Positions 37,645-46,261 of a stretch of DNA of 64,000 nt are shown one piece after another. The notes under the pieces were generated by a model, which saw only the letters and a list, made by a program, of their open reading frames with translations, was not told the origin of the DNA and did not search any database. The stretch is from an uncultured virus (IMG/VR IMGVR_UViG_3300011429_000010) (lineage: Duplodnaviria; Heunggongvirae; Uroviricota; Caudoviricetes). Where the stretch lies: the IMG/VR virus record IMGVR_UViG_3300011429_000010, one strand, 5' to 3'. Every line of letters begins with the position of its first letter. Within the stretch, counting starts at the first letter, position 1. The translations under genes and the position numbers were made by a program.

Positions 37645-37869
37645 TTACGCCGTCACGCGCTCCACGTCGATCGCGCGCGGACCCTTGGGCGACCGGAGCG
37701 GGACAAACGACACCCGATCGCCCTGTTCCAGCAACGCGAACAGCTCCTGGCCAATCGCCGTCGCATGAAAGAAATATTCCCGATTGCCGTACACGACAAA
37801 TCCGTACCCGGTCCCCGGTTCCTTGCGGATCCGGGTGATCTCGCCAGTGACGCGCTTGTTGTGCGGCAC
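37645..37869 (-). CDS. Cold-shock domain protein
   Basis: TGEI...GYGFV (RNP1), YFFHATAI (RNP2), LEQGDRVSF...SPKGPRAIDV; probable GTG start at 37869. Confidence 0.85.
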   Translation of the reverse strand: MPHNKRVTGEITRIRKEPGTGYGFVVYGNREYFFHATAIGQELFALLEQGDRVSFVPLRSPKGPRAIDVERVTA

Positions 37870-37879
37870 GGCGGCACCT

Positions 37880-38509
37880 TCAGCGGTCGGAGTCACCGGG
37901 GTCGTCCTTTCCACCTTCGGGGAATCGCTTGACGTAGCGAGGGCCGGCAGGGGGCTCCGCGGTTGAAATCGCTGGTCCGGCAGCTCCGGCGGTCTCGCCC
38001 CCTCCCAGCCGTCCCACAAGGCCCGGCGGTGGTTCCATGCCAGCGCCTTGTCCGTCAATCGGCTGGCCAGCAGCCGCGGCGCCGGCTGTGGGATCGGCAG
38101 GGGCACCGTCAACGGCACCGCCCGCCGCCTGCGCGGTCGCATTCCGGGGATCTGACGTTTCACCCTGGCCATTGTTGCTCAGTATCGCCTCTTGTTCCGG
38201 GGTCATCATCTGGCCACACCAGATCAGGGGCATTTCCGATTGGTTGACGCGACAGGTGATCGGGAAGGCGGCGGACAAGGTGAGGCGTACCATGGGCACC
38301 GGCGCGCGCGGATCCATCACCGGGGCAATGTCCATGACCGTGAAAATCGTGTCAAAGGGGGTGCGGTACGCGACCAGCGATCCCTTGATAATCTTGTTGC
38401 CCAAGCGGTCCAAGGCGGTGAATTCCTCGGCAGCGACCAGCCGTGCGAAATCCTGCATCGAAATTTTGCCGGCCGGGCGAATGAACGGTTTGTGTTTGTG
38501 TTCGCTCAT
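37880..38509 (-). CDS. Hypothetical protein
   Basis: 209 aa; DRLGNKIIKGSLV globular N-part, disordered tail. Confidence 0.55.
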   Translation of the reverse strand: MSEHKHKPFIRPAGKISMQDFARLVAAEEFTALDRLGNKIIKGSLVAYRTPFDTIFTVMDIAPVMDPRAPVPMVRLTLSAAFPITCRVNQSEMPLIWCGQMMTPEQEAILSNNGQGETSDPRNATAQAAGGAVDGAPADPTAGAAAAGQPIDGQGAGMEPPPGLVGRLGGGETAGAAGPAISTAEPPAGPRYVKRFPEGGKDDPGDSDR

Positions 38510-38606
38510 GACCTTGCTTCCTGGAAAAAGAGGGATGGCCTTTCGGTGTCATAGCTGACAGGCGGCTAACCCCCGCCCCATCCCCCGTCGAGTCGCGTCG
38601 AATCGA

Positions 38607-39041
38607 TTACGCCGTCGCGTGGTCGTCGCCCATCGGCCCGCCCGGATCCGGCAGCGGGGGCGCCGTCACGTCCGCCGCAGCCTGGGTGCCCGCGTCACCC
38701 GCGGGGGTCTCCGCGCCGTTGCCCTTGCTGGCGTTGCTCGGACGTCCACGCCGACGCTTGGGGGCCTCGCCGGTGCCCTCCGTGGCGCCTTCGGTGGCCG
38801 CGCCGCCAGCTGCCGCGACACGATTGGCTCGTTCCCTGGAACGATCGCGCTTACGCGGCGTGCTTCCACCAGCCGGCACCCCGGTGGGAATCGTGGAGCC
38901 GGACGCCTTGGCCCGCCCGATCACGATGGCCTGCGCGACGTCGATATCGTGCTTGGCCTCCGCAAGCGGTGCGGACATGAAATGGTTGACGATCAGCTGG
39001 AGCGAGGAGATTGTTGCGACGGTCTTGGGTCGGCCTGCCAT
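38607..39041 (-). CDS. AT-hook-containing DNA-binding protein candidate
   Basis: RBS AGGAG; helical N-terminus then PKRRRGRPS. Confidence 0.6.
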   Translation of the reverse strand: MAGRPKTVATISSLQLIVNHFMSAPLAEAKHDIDVAQAIVIGRAKASGSTIPTGVPAGGSTPRKRDRSRERANRVAAAGGAATEGATEGTGEAPKRRRGRPSNASKGNGAETPAGDAGTQAAADVTAPPLPDPGGPMGDDHATA

Positions 39042-39098
39042 TGAAGTACTCCTATTTAATGCCGACCAGAAAATGGTCTGACCGGCGGTTCGTTATTC

Positions 39099-39127
39099 AC
39101 TGTACATGTACGCCAACCGCCGTGCAA
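39099..39127 (-). promoter_or_regulatory. Sigma70-type promoter
   Basis: TTGCAC-N17-TACAGT with an AT-rich upstream tract. Confidence 0.6.
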
Positions 39128-39146
39128 CTAATTAATTTGAAAATCA

Positions 39147-39253
39147 TGACCCCTGTACCGTGGCTTGCTGTCCACGGCCCGCGGAATGCGACAGGAGAAT
39201 TGGCGGCTCGACAGTTTTCCGCACATCGGGTCCAATCCTCATGACAGGGGTCA
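39147..39253 (-). ncRNA. Candidate structured RNA with pseudoknot
   Basis: 10-bp closing stem, two inner stems and a 9-bp crossing helix; intergenic. Confidence 0.55.
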
Positions 39254-39269
39254 ATCTGTTTGTTGCTGG

Positions 39270-40094
39270 TTACTTGGTCGGCGTCCCCAGCGGCGGCGCG
39301 AACCGCTCGACGCTCGGGAACCCACGCAACACCGCACCACACTCACACTCGATCGAGTCCATGAAGTCGCCGGTTTCCGGATCCTTGAAGTCGTTGGTAT
39401 ACCAACGGCCCTTTTTGCCCTTGCCGTCTGCGCGCTTCTGACTGTCATCGCCGCAACCCTTGACGCCGGTGGGGTCCGCGATCGTCTTCTCACTGCTCGG
39501 GGTGCCCACAGGCGATCCCGCCGGTGGCGGCGTGGCGACGATGATGTACCGCACCTTGTCCGGCCGACAGTGCGCCGACAGCCCGTGTTCGATACGAATC
39601 GTACGGCCCGCGTACTTGTTGATCGCCGCCTTCAGCCCGTCCGGAGTCGCCGGCCGCGAATGGTCGCCGATCCCGATATCGAGCAGGTACGCCAGATCAC
39701 TCACCCAAGGCGTCTTTTCGTCATCCGCCTTACCACGCGGCCGGGGATTGCTCGAAAAGCTCGCCGTCATGGTCTGGCCGGCGTGCGGGCCGCTGGCGAT
39801 CACCAGCGGGTTGTTTTTGTCAAACTTCAACTGGTTGCGGCGCACGGTCTGGCCGTGGGTCTTGCTGCGCGGGTTGCCGTCCTTGATATCGACGGTGCCC
39901 CACAGCTGGGCGATGTTGGCGGGCAAGGTGAATTCGTCGGTGCCGGGCATCAGCGTTTCGCGCGCGCCGAAGCCTTGTGATGGCAGATCGCCTTCCGGCC
40001 AGACCTCGCCGCCTTCGTTCACGATGTTCGGATTGTTCACGTCAGTCATTGCGTTGTGCTCCTGGGCTGCTGGTTGTTGGGTGTCATCTATCAT
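39270..40094 (-). CDS. Single-stranded DNA-binding protein candidate
   Basis: Follows the Sak4-like gene; OB-like LMPGTDEFTL...LKFD pattern; Cys-bearing C-terminus. Confidence 0.5.
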   Translation of the reverse strand: MIDDTQQPAAQEHNAMTDVNNPNIVNEGGEVWPEGDLPSQGFGARETLMPGTDEFTLPANIAQLWGTVDIKDGNPRSKTHGQTVRRNQLKFDKNNPLVIASGPHAGQTMTASFSSNPRPRGKADDEKTPWVSDLAYLLDIGIGDHSRPATPDGLKAAINKYAGRTIRIEHGLSAHCRPDKVRYIIVATPPPAGSPVGTPSSEKTIADPTGVKGCGDDSQKRADGKGKKGRWYTNDFKDPETGDFMDSIECECGAVLRGFPSVERFAPPLGTPTK

Positions 40095-41842
40095 TACGCG
40101 GGCGGACGCGCCACGCGGCGGATACGGTTAATGGTCCGAGGGCCGGGGGCCACGGCGGACGCAGGGGCGGCGATGGGCTCGGGGGCCGGCGCGGTCGCCA
40201 GCGGGACGGGCGCTGGCTTGGCTGCCTCAGCTACAATGTTGGCGGCAAGGCTCTCTCGCATCTGCTGAACGACCGGATTGGGGGCCTCGACTACGCCGGG
40301 CACGGTAACGGGTTGTGTAACGGGTTGTGTCACGGGCTGCGCAGAGGGCTGGACGGCCGCAGGCGGCGCGACTGGCGCGGGGGCCACGGTCTGTGCAGGC
40401 GGTGCAGGCGTGGGCTCCTGGGCCGGCACAGCGGCCTGTGCGGGCGGTGCGGGCGGTGCGGCTTGGACCGCAGGCGCCGCCGCTTCGCCGGTTACCTCCC
40501 CGATCGTGCGCGCCACCGGTCGCCGGCCGCGCCGGATGATCCGCGTGGAGCTGGGCACCATCGCCGGATCCGCTGTCTCCGCGGTGCTCGCCACCGACAA
40601 CACTTCCTCAGCGGCGGCGATCGTCGCGGCGCCGTCAGCCGTCTGCAGGGCCGGCGCATCCTTGTACCGTGCGACGTCGCGCGCCTCGATCACCTTGGCC
40701 TGTTCGCGGATCAACGCGTAGAATTTCCGCAGCGAACACGTCTCCCACGCTTTCATGGGATCGCTGCTGTCCTCCAGGTACGCCGGCATGCCCCACGGCT
40801 CGCCGCGGTGCTTCGCCACGATCGGAATAGAACGCACGTCACGCGGATCCACATGCGTCGTCAGCCACAGCCGGTGGTACAGCTGCACGCCGCCATTGGG
40901 GTCCAGCTCACTGGGATTGTGCGGTTCCTTGGCGGAGTACAGGCAATTGCCCAGCCAGCCCGGCACGCTCGACGTGCGCGCGTTGCCGGACACCTTGGGC
41001 CCGAAAATCGGCATCCCACCGGACTCGTCATCGCCCTTGGACAGCTCGACGCCAAACGTCAGCACAGGCGGTAAGACTTGATCGGGAATCGCGCGGATAT
41101 TGGCGATCCAGACCGGCACGCGGTCCTGCATAAACCCAAACTGGGCCTTGCTGCCGGTGCCAAACGCCATGGTGCCTTCGCGGAGGGCATCCGCGCTGCC
41201 CAGCGCCGATCCGCCTTCCTTGCCGGATGGCAGCTCGCCGCGGGCCGACTTGGCGCGCAGCTCGGTCATGCCGAATTCGCACATCTGGGTCATGGAGTCG
41301 TACACCCGATGTCCTACGATCTTGAACAACGCCGGCCGGGTGACCACTTTGTCCACCCGCATGGCGTTGACGGCGGTGACCAGCTGGCCGCAGTCGGGGC
41401 ATTTGGTCTGACTGGCCTGCATGACCGCCTGATCTTCGAACGTGCCGGCGGTGTGTCCATTCGGGCAGATCAGGGCGTACTTGATCAACCGTGGCGGGAC
41501 CAGCCGGACCAGCGGATCGGCAAACCCCGTGGCCTTGTCGATGATGGTCTCGGGCCAATACCCCTGGCTCGCCAGCTCCATCGTCTCAAAGGGATTCACA
41601 TGATTCCGCATGTACCACACATGCGCGATGCCCAGCTTGACCAGCGAAATCAGTTTGTTGCCGTACCCGCCCAGGTCGCTCGCGTAGAAATGGGTGGTTT
41701 TCTTGTACACCTCCCAGGCTTCCTCGATCGCGGTGATGGCCAGCGACGTCTTGCCGCTGCCGGTGATCCCCACCAGCCCGAGACAGGAATTGGCTTGGCT
41801 GGGAATGTCCAGAATGGATTGAGGCTCGTGTTGGTCGCTCAT
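40094..41842 (-). CDS. Sak4/AAA_24-like P-loop recombinase with Zn-ribbon insert
   Basis: GITGSGKT, YDSMT, GPKVSG...VPGWLGNC; CPNGH...CPDC insert; Ala/Pro-rich tail. Confidence 0.75.
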   Translation of the reverse strand: MSDQHEPQSILDIPSQANSCLGLVGITGSGKTSLAITAIEEAWEVYKKTTHFYASDLGGYGNKLISLVKLGIAHVWYMRNHVNPFETMELASQGYWPETIIDKATGFADPLVRLVPPRLIKYALICPNGHTAGTFEDQAVMQASQTKCPDCGQLVTAVNAMRVDKVVTRPALFKIVGHRVYDSMTQMCEFGMTELRAKSARGELPSGKEGGSALGSADALREGTMAFGTGSKAQFGFMQDRVPVWIANIRAIPDQVLPPVLTFGVELSKGDDESGGMPIFGPKVSGNARTSSVPGWLGNCLYSAKEPHNPSELDPNGGVQLYHRLWLTTHVDPRDVRSIPIVAKHRGEPWGMPAYLEDSSDPMKAWETCSLRKFYALIREQAKVIEARDVARYKDAPALQTADGAATIAAAEEVLSVASTAETADPAMVPSSTRIIRRGRRPVARTIGEVTGEAAAPAVQAAPPAPPAQAAVPAQEPTPAPPAQTVAPAPVAPPAAVQPSAQPVTQPVTQPVTVPGVVEAPNPVVQQMRESLAANIVAEAAKPAPVPLATAPAPEPIAAPASAVAPGPRTINRIRRVARPPA

Positions 41843-42174
41843 AAGGTTTCTATTTTCTCCTCGGTGCAAATGAGTTTTGCGTCAGTCCGAAATTCAGTCA
41901 TGCGGGTAAATTCGGCCGGGCCCGTGCTCTGACACGCGGCACGCATCAGCGTATCATGGACCCAGGACTTAGGCCCTTCGTAGACGAGGATGCGCGTGAC
42001 GCGGACGCGATCGGTCTCGGCGAGAGGCCGCAGGACGTCGCGCCAATTCTGATAATCGTTGGCGTCAGGGCCGTAAATGATCGGCAGCTCCGTGTCCACC
42101 TTCTCGCCGCAGATGATGCACTTCCCCGAGGGATACGGCACACCGGATTTGCCGAATTGCTGGCAGACACACAT
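41839..42174 (-). CDS. Hypothetical protein with Cys motifs
   Basis: CVC...CIIC; coupled. Confidence 0.45.
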   Translation of the reverse strand: MCVCQQFGKSGVPYPSGKCIICGEKVDTELPIIYGPDANDYQNWRDVLRPLAETDRVRVTRILVYEGPKSWVHDTLMRAACQSTGPAEFTRMTEFRTDAKLICTEEKIETL

Positions 42175-42260
42175 GACTTATTTCCTCTTTACGTGGTAAT
42201 CGATCAGATCCACCAACGCCGCCACGACGATGCACGCCACGGCAAGCCACGCCAACTGGC

Positions 42261-42512
42261 TCATTGTACCCTCGGCAGCGCGGCCAGCGTGCGCCGTACG
42301 ATCCTGATGATTTGCTCATCGTTCATGTTCGCCGCGCGGCACCCTTCAATCAAATACATGGTCATGGCCGTGGCCGAAATCGCGGGTAATTCCTTTTGAT
42401 CCTCGATTGGCCATGTGGTGGTCTTCCACTCTTCATTCATCAATTGTTGGACGGCCGCCTTGAACCGTGACAGCATGATCATGATGAAATGGGTGACGTC
42501 GGGATCGGTCAC
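42261..42512 (-). CDS. Hypothetical protein
   Basis: 83 aa, GTGA coupling. Confidence 0.45.
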   Translation of the reverse strand: MTDPDVTHFIMIMLSRFKAAVQQLMNEEWKTTTWPIEDQKELPAISATAMTMYLIEGCRAANMNDEQIIRIVRRTLAALPRVQ

Positions 42513-42709
42513 GGCCGCCAGTCCTTTTTCCCCTTGGCTTGTTTGACGATGGTCGTTTCGACTTGCACCAACCTGCGTGTGTGCCGGGCGTTGTACGGCT
42601 TGTTGAACATGATCTCCGCCCGCGCTGGATCAGGGCCACTCCACATGCAGTCATAACGCCGCGTCACCGTGTTCCACAATTCCAAGTGAAACATCCGCGT
42701 CGTGGTCAA
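42509..42709 (-). CDS. Hypothetical protein
   Basis: 66 aa, RBS GAGGAG, TTGA coupling. Confidence 0.45.
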   Translation of the reverse strand: MTTTRMFHLELWNTVTRRYDCMWSGPDPARAEIMFNKPYNARHTRRLVQVETTIVKQAKGKKDWRP

Positions 42710-44130
42710 TAATCAATCTCCTCGTCCAGCTCCGCGTCCTCATCGGGAAACTTCACGCCCACTGATTCATGCGCGGTGCGCTCGCTGCTATGATGCGGCG
42801 TCCGCATTTCGTACCCGCCCATGGTGGCCGGATGCTCCCACCCTGGATCCTTGAAGCAAATGGCCTTGGCCAGACACGGCGTGCCATCGAAATGTGTGCA
42901 ATTCCAGCTGCGCGAAATGTGCTGCGCGGCGGCCACGGCCTCGGGCATCCCCCCCGCAATATCCTGCCGCACCATGTCCACGACTTCGCGCCAGTCCCGC
43001 TCCTCGACGGCGATGGACTGCAGCGCGTCGGCCACGCGGTGCGCGGGGTGTGGGAACGGTCCCAACACCTTCAACGTCTCTGGCCATTGCCTCGGCGTCA
43101 AATACCCCAGCACCCACGTTTCCACGCGGCCGGCCTCGGGGCGGATATTGGGGGGCACCACCAGCGGCCGTTCCTCTTCCCAGATCGCTTGCTTCTGGTA
43201 GGTCTTGGCGAGCGTGTGGCCCTTGCCGTAGTCATCGGTGTACCGGTACGACGCCTGCCAGTCTGGTTGCTTGAATCCTGGACTGCCGGGATCGAAGTAG
43301 CCGTACACTAATGGACTATGTTGGTACTTGGGCGCCTCGGGGGGATCATTGCGATCCCGTCCACGCCAGCCCTTGAAAAACACGGGAATATTCGCCGCGG
43401 TGATTTTCTTGCCCAGGCGCCGACTGGCGGCCTCCATGTTCGTCAATAACTGCCCCGAGTGTTCCCACGCCTTTTCCCATGGCAGGTTGGGACTCGACTT
43501 GGTTTTGAATTCATCGTACACCAATTGTCCGCGTACCGAATCCTCCCAGCCCTCCAGAATCCAGTCCGCGCGACCTTGCTGCACGATGCCCACACAACCC
43601 CGCTGATAATGAATCTGCCAGTCGCTGACGGACTCGCCCAGCCCGCACGTGCAATCGAGCACGATGGATTCCTCACGCTCGCTGTCGATGATGCGGTACT
43701 GCGCGAGCACGGCCGGCAGGAACAACATGCCAAATACCCAAATCTGTGCCTCGATCAGTGTGCGTTGTTCCAGAATCAAATTGTTGATCGCCGCGGATCC
43801 GCCCTCGTCACTTTCGAACCCGCGAGCGCGCGCCTTGGCTTCGTACCGCGCGGCGGCCTCGATACTCGCCCACGCGATAACTTCCATGGGCAATTGCGCC
43901 GGAGGCATGGCGTGGTGTTTGGACTGGAATTCCATGATCCAGTCGGCGATTAATTCCGCGCCGTCGTGCAGGCCAGTGCCGGTGGCCAGTGGCACGGTCA
44001 GCCCGCGGCGCCGCAGCCCCGTGCCATGCGGGCCAGCGTGATATTCGACATACCGCGCGTACTTGCAATGGCGCTGGCCCAGCTCGGTGGGGGTTCTGGA
44101 GACAAACCACATGAGTGGATAATTAGGCAC
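42706..44130 (-). CDS. PD-(D/E)XK Cas4/RecB-like exonuclease
   Basis: N-terminal C and ATGTGLH, GRADW...DEFKT, Q, C-terminal C...C...C cluster. Confidence 0.75.
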   Translation of the reverse strand: MPNYPLMWFVSRTPTELGQRHCKYARYVEYHAGPHGTGLRRRGLTVPLATGTGLHDGAELIADWIMEFQSKHHAMPPAQLPMEVIAWASIEAAARYEAKARARGFESDEGGSAAINNLILEQRTLIEAQIWVFGMLFLPAVLAQYRIIDSEREESIVLDCTCGLGESVSDWQIHYQRGCVGIVQQGRADWILEGWEDSVRGQLVYDEFKTKSSPNLPWEKAWEHSGQLLTNMEAASRRLGKKITAANIPVFFKGWRGRDRNDPPEAPKYQHSPLVYGYFDPGSPGFKQPDWQASYRYTDDYGKGHTLAKTYQKQAIWEEERPLVVPPNIRPEAGRVETWVLGYLTPRQWPETLKVLGPFPHPAHRVADALQSIAVEERDWREVVDMVRQDIAGGMPEAVAAAQHISRSWNCTHFDGTPCLAKAICFKDPGWEHPATMGGYEMRTPHHSSERTAHESVGVKFPDEDAELDEEIDY

Positions 44131-44449
44131 GACGATTGGCTCGCTGTTCTACCCATGTGGCCCATCTGCAATTATCTGGGGTATAATTGCCGTTGGTTTC
44201 CTTGCGATCTAGCGTATGAGCTAAAGATGGTTTTCGGCCCATATCAGTAAGGAAGTTTGTGAATTTATTCCAACGCTCGCATACGGTAATACCACGTCCC
44301 CCGTAATATTTGAATTTGTCCTTTTTTGGGTTGTTACAACGTTGTCGCATAGCGTACCAAGCTAAATATTCTGGAGAAACTTTCCTTCCAGCCCGTTCGC
44401 CGTGATGCTCCCGTTTGAACAATTCAGGTGGAATACGCTTACGTCCCAT
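44123..44449 (-). CDS. HNH endonuclease
   Basis: WYAMRQRC...YGGRGITVCERW...FLTDMG...TLDRKETNGNYTPDNCRWAT...Q..N; AT-rich island. Confidence 0.88.
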   Translation of the reverse strand: MGRKRIPPELFKREHHGERAGRKVSPEYLAWYAMRQRCNNPKKDKFKYYGGRGITVCERWNKFTNFLTDMGRKPSLAHTLDRKETNGNYTPDNCRWATWVEQRANRRA

Positions 44450-44452
44450 GAT

Positions 44453-44683
44453 TTACGGCCGCCGCGTACTCTGGGACGCCACGCCGAAGCTGATCGGCCG
44501 CCCCGGATTGGTGATGCCCAATTGCGTGCGGATATACTCCATGGCGATTTCCGCGGTCGGCCCCTGGATCCGCATGATATGGCGTTTCCAGCCATCATCA
44601 GGCACGCCGGCCGGCGGCGGATTCCACGTGTTGTACTGCCCCTCGATCCACACGGTAAACACCCACCACGGATGATCCATCAT
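44453..44683 (-). CDS. Hypothetical protein
   Basis: 76 aa, coupled. Confidence 0.45.
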   Translation of the reverse strand: MMDHPWWVFTVWIEGQYNTWNPPPAGVPDDGWKRHIMRIQGPTAEIAMEYIRTQLGITNPGRPISFGVASQSTRRP

Positions 44684-44850
44684 CGGCGTACCCTCAATTT
44701 CCCATCCCGAAATTCCAGCTTGCCTTTGTATTTAGTGGCGATCGTCCGCAGATCATCCTTGACGTCTGACAGCGCCTCGGCAAACCAGTCCGGCTTGCGC
44801 ATGGGCGGGGCCATGTCGTCAGGCTCCGACGAGGAATTTAATTCAGGCAT
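44680..44850 (-). CDS. Small hypothetical protein, first gene of the replication operon
   Basis: ATG 44850 after a GCAAGCAAGG motif. Confidence 0.4.
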   Translation of the reverse strand: MPELNSSSEPDDMAPPMRKPDWFAEALSDVKDDLRTIATKYKGKLEFRDGKLRVRR

Positions 44851-44982
44851 GAAATGTCTATGACCTTGCTTGCTTCTACGTCGAGCGGCGTGGCTACCGG
44901 CCGTGTGACAGCCACTCAACCGGGCTCGCATCCGGGCAATTGACCTGGGCAGTCCGGCGCCGCGCCGCACGACGTCAGGGCC

Positions 44983-45011
44983 AAGGTAAACTAGCCTTCA
45001 GCTGCTGTCAA
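44983..45011 (-). promoter_or_regulatory. Sigma70-type promoter for the replication operon
   Basis: TTGACA-N17-TACCTT. Confidence 0.7.
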
Positions 45012-45023
45012 GAGTTTTTCCGC

Positions 45024-45052
45024 TTGCATCACAAATAATTGTGCGATAGGCT
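45024..45052 (+). promoter_or_regulatory. Divergent sigma70-type promoter for the RepA-like gene
   Basis: TTGCAT-N17-TAGGCT; spacer holds the palindrome CACA-AATAAT-TGTG. Confidence 0.55.
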
Positions 45053-45136
45053 CGCCGCGTTCCGCTTCCCTTCCCCCCCGGTCTTCTAGGGCCTGAACAA
45101 CCCGCCGGGGGCCTCTCCCCTATTTGGAGGGGCAGC

Positions 45137-45180
45137 GTCAATAATATGACACTTGAACGATCTGGCGTCAATAATTTGAC
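45137..45180. promoter_or_regulatory. Tandem operator-like palindromes GTCA-N6-TGAC
   Basis: GTCAATAATATGAC (45137-45150) and GTCAATAATTTGAC (45167-45180), 30 bp apart. Confidence 0.7.
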
Positions 45181-45197
45181 GGAAGCACGAGGCTCGC

Positions 45198-46232
45198 GTG
45201 GCTGACGAACACGACCGCTCGGTAGTCCCACCCTCGTCCGCCCCGCCGATCGTTGCGCCAGCGCCTCGCCAGCTCTTTCCTGACCCTATTCCCGGCATCA
45301 TCCCCTTTGCGACCCTGACGATCTTCGCTGGGGCCCCAGGCGTCGGCAAAACCACCATCTGGCTCGACTGGATGCGCCGCTGGCGAGACGGCGAGCCCAT
45401 CTGTGGCCACGTGACGAATCCACCCACGAGCTGGTACTACGTGTGCGCCGACCGCGGGCAGACGTCGGATGAGTTTTACCAGATGCTCGGCTTTACCGAA
45501 GATGTCACGTTCTATTCGGTCGTCAGCGGTGACTCGGGCCTCAACCATCGGGATTTCCACAAGGATGGGCATGGCGCCGAATTAGTGGATCATGTGATGC
45601 GCGCGCTTGACCCGAAACCCGGCTCGCACGTGTTCATCGATCCGGTCTCGCCCTTGTTCATTACCGGGAATCCCAATCGGTCGCGGGACGTGGCCGCGTC
45701 ATTAATTGGCTTCTCGCGGATTATTGAGGAACGCCGGATTAACATTTCGTGCTCGGTCCACTTCGCCAAACAGAAACACGACATTACCGATCGGTACCGC
45801 CGGCCCCAGGATCGCATCAGTGGCTCGGGCGCCTTCAGTGGGTTCAGCGACACCCAAATTTACTTAGTCGATCCAGAGCCCCCCAAACAGGATTATCACA
45901 TGCTCGGGTGGAACCCGCGCAAGTCCCAGCCAGAAGAATTCAAACTGACTCGTGACGGCCAAAAATTTATTCCCTATATTGATTTGGAAGACGTTGGGAA
46001 TAATTTAGAACCCGATCGACCAGATCAAATGGCAGATTTACTCGGGAGTGGCGGATTACGTTATGGGGTGTTCTGTCAACGCGCCATGGCAGAATTAGCC
46101 ATCTCCGAAAGTACCTTCGAACGCTATTTTTCCATTCTCCGCAAGCGCAACGCGATCGAGCGGGATAACGAGGGGTACTGGCGGAGGCGAAAGTCTCCCT
46201 CGAATCTGCAGATCGTCCGCTCAGATTCTTGA
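45198..46232 (+). CDS. RepA-like (AAA_25, SF4-type) replicative helicase/initiator with C-terminal HTH-like region
   Basis: GAPGVGKTT, VFIDP, VHFAK, ISGSGAFSG; C-terminal AMAELAISESTFERY. Confidence 0.8.
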   Translation: MADEHDRSVVPPSSAPPIVAPAPRQLFPDPIPGIIPFATLTIFAGAPGVGKTTIWLDWMRRWRDGEPICGHVTNPPTSWYYVCADRGQTSDEFYQMLGFTEDVTFYSVVSGDSGLNHRDFHKDGHGAELVDHVMRALDPKPGSHVFIDPVSPLFITGNPNRSRDVAASLIGFSRIIEERRINISCSVHFAKQKHDITDRYRRPQDRISGSGAFSGFSDTQIYLVDPEPPKQDYHMLGWNPRKSQPEEFKLTRDGQKFIPYIDLEDVGNNLEPDRPDQMADLLGSGGLRYGVFCQRAMAELAISESTFERYFSILRKRNAIERDNEGYWRRRKSPSNLQIVRSDS

Positions 46233-46261
46233 CCACCCAGGCGAAGAAAAGGCGCGCTACT

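Noticed and set aside
37870..38172. N-terminal extension of the cold-shock ORF to 175 aa
   Set aside because: Overlaps the 37880-38509 gene and is low-complexity; GTG 37869 with upstream GAAGG gives a normal-size CSD
44906..44915. TGACAGCCAC shared with 53415-53424 and partly complementary to the 39147 RNA loop
   Set aside because: A single 10-mer match could be chance in 64 kb; no further support
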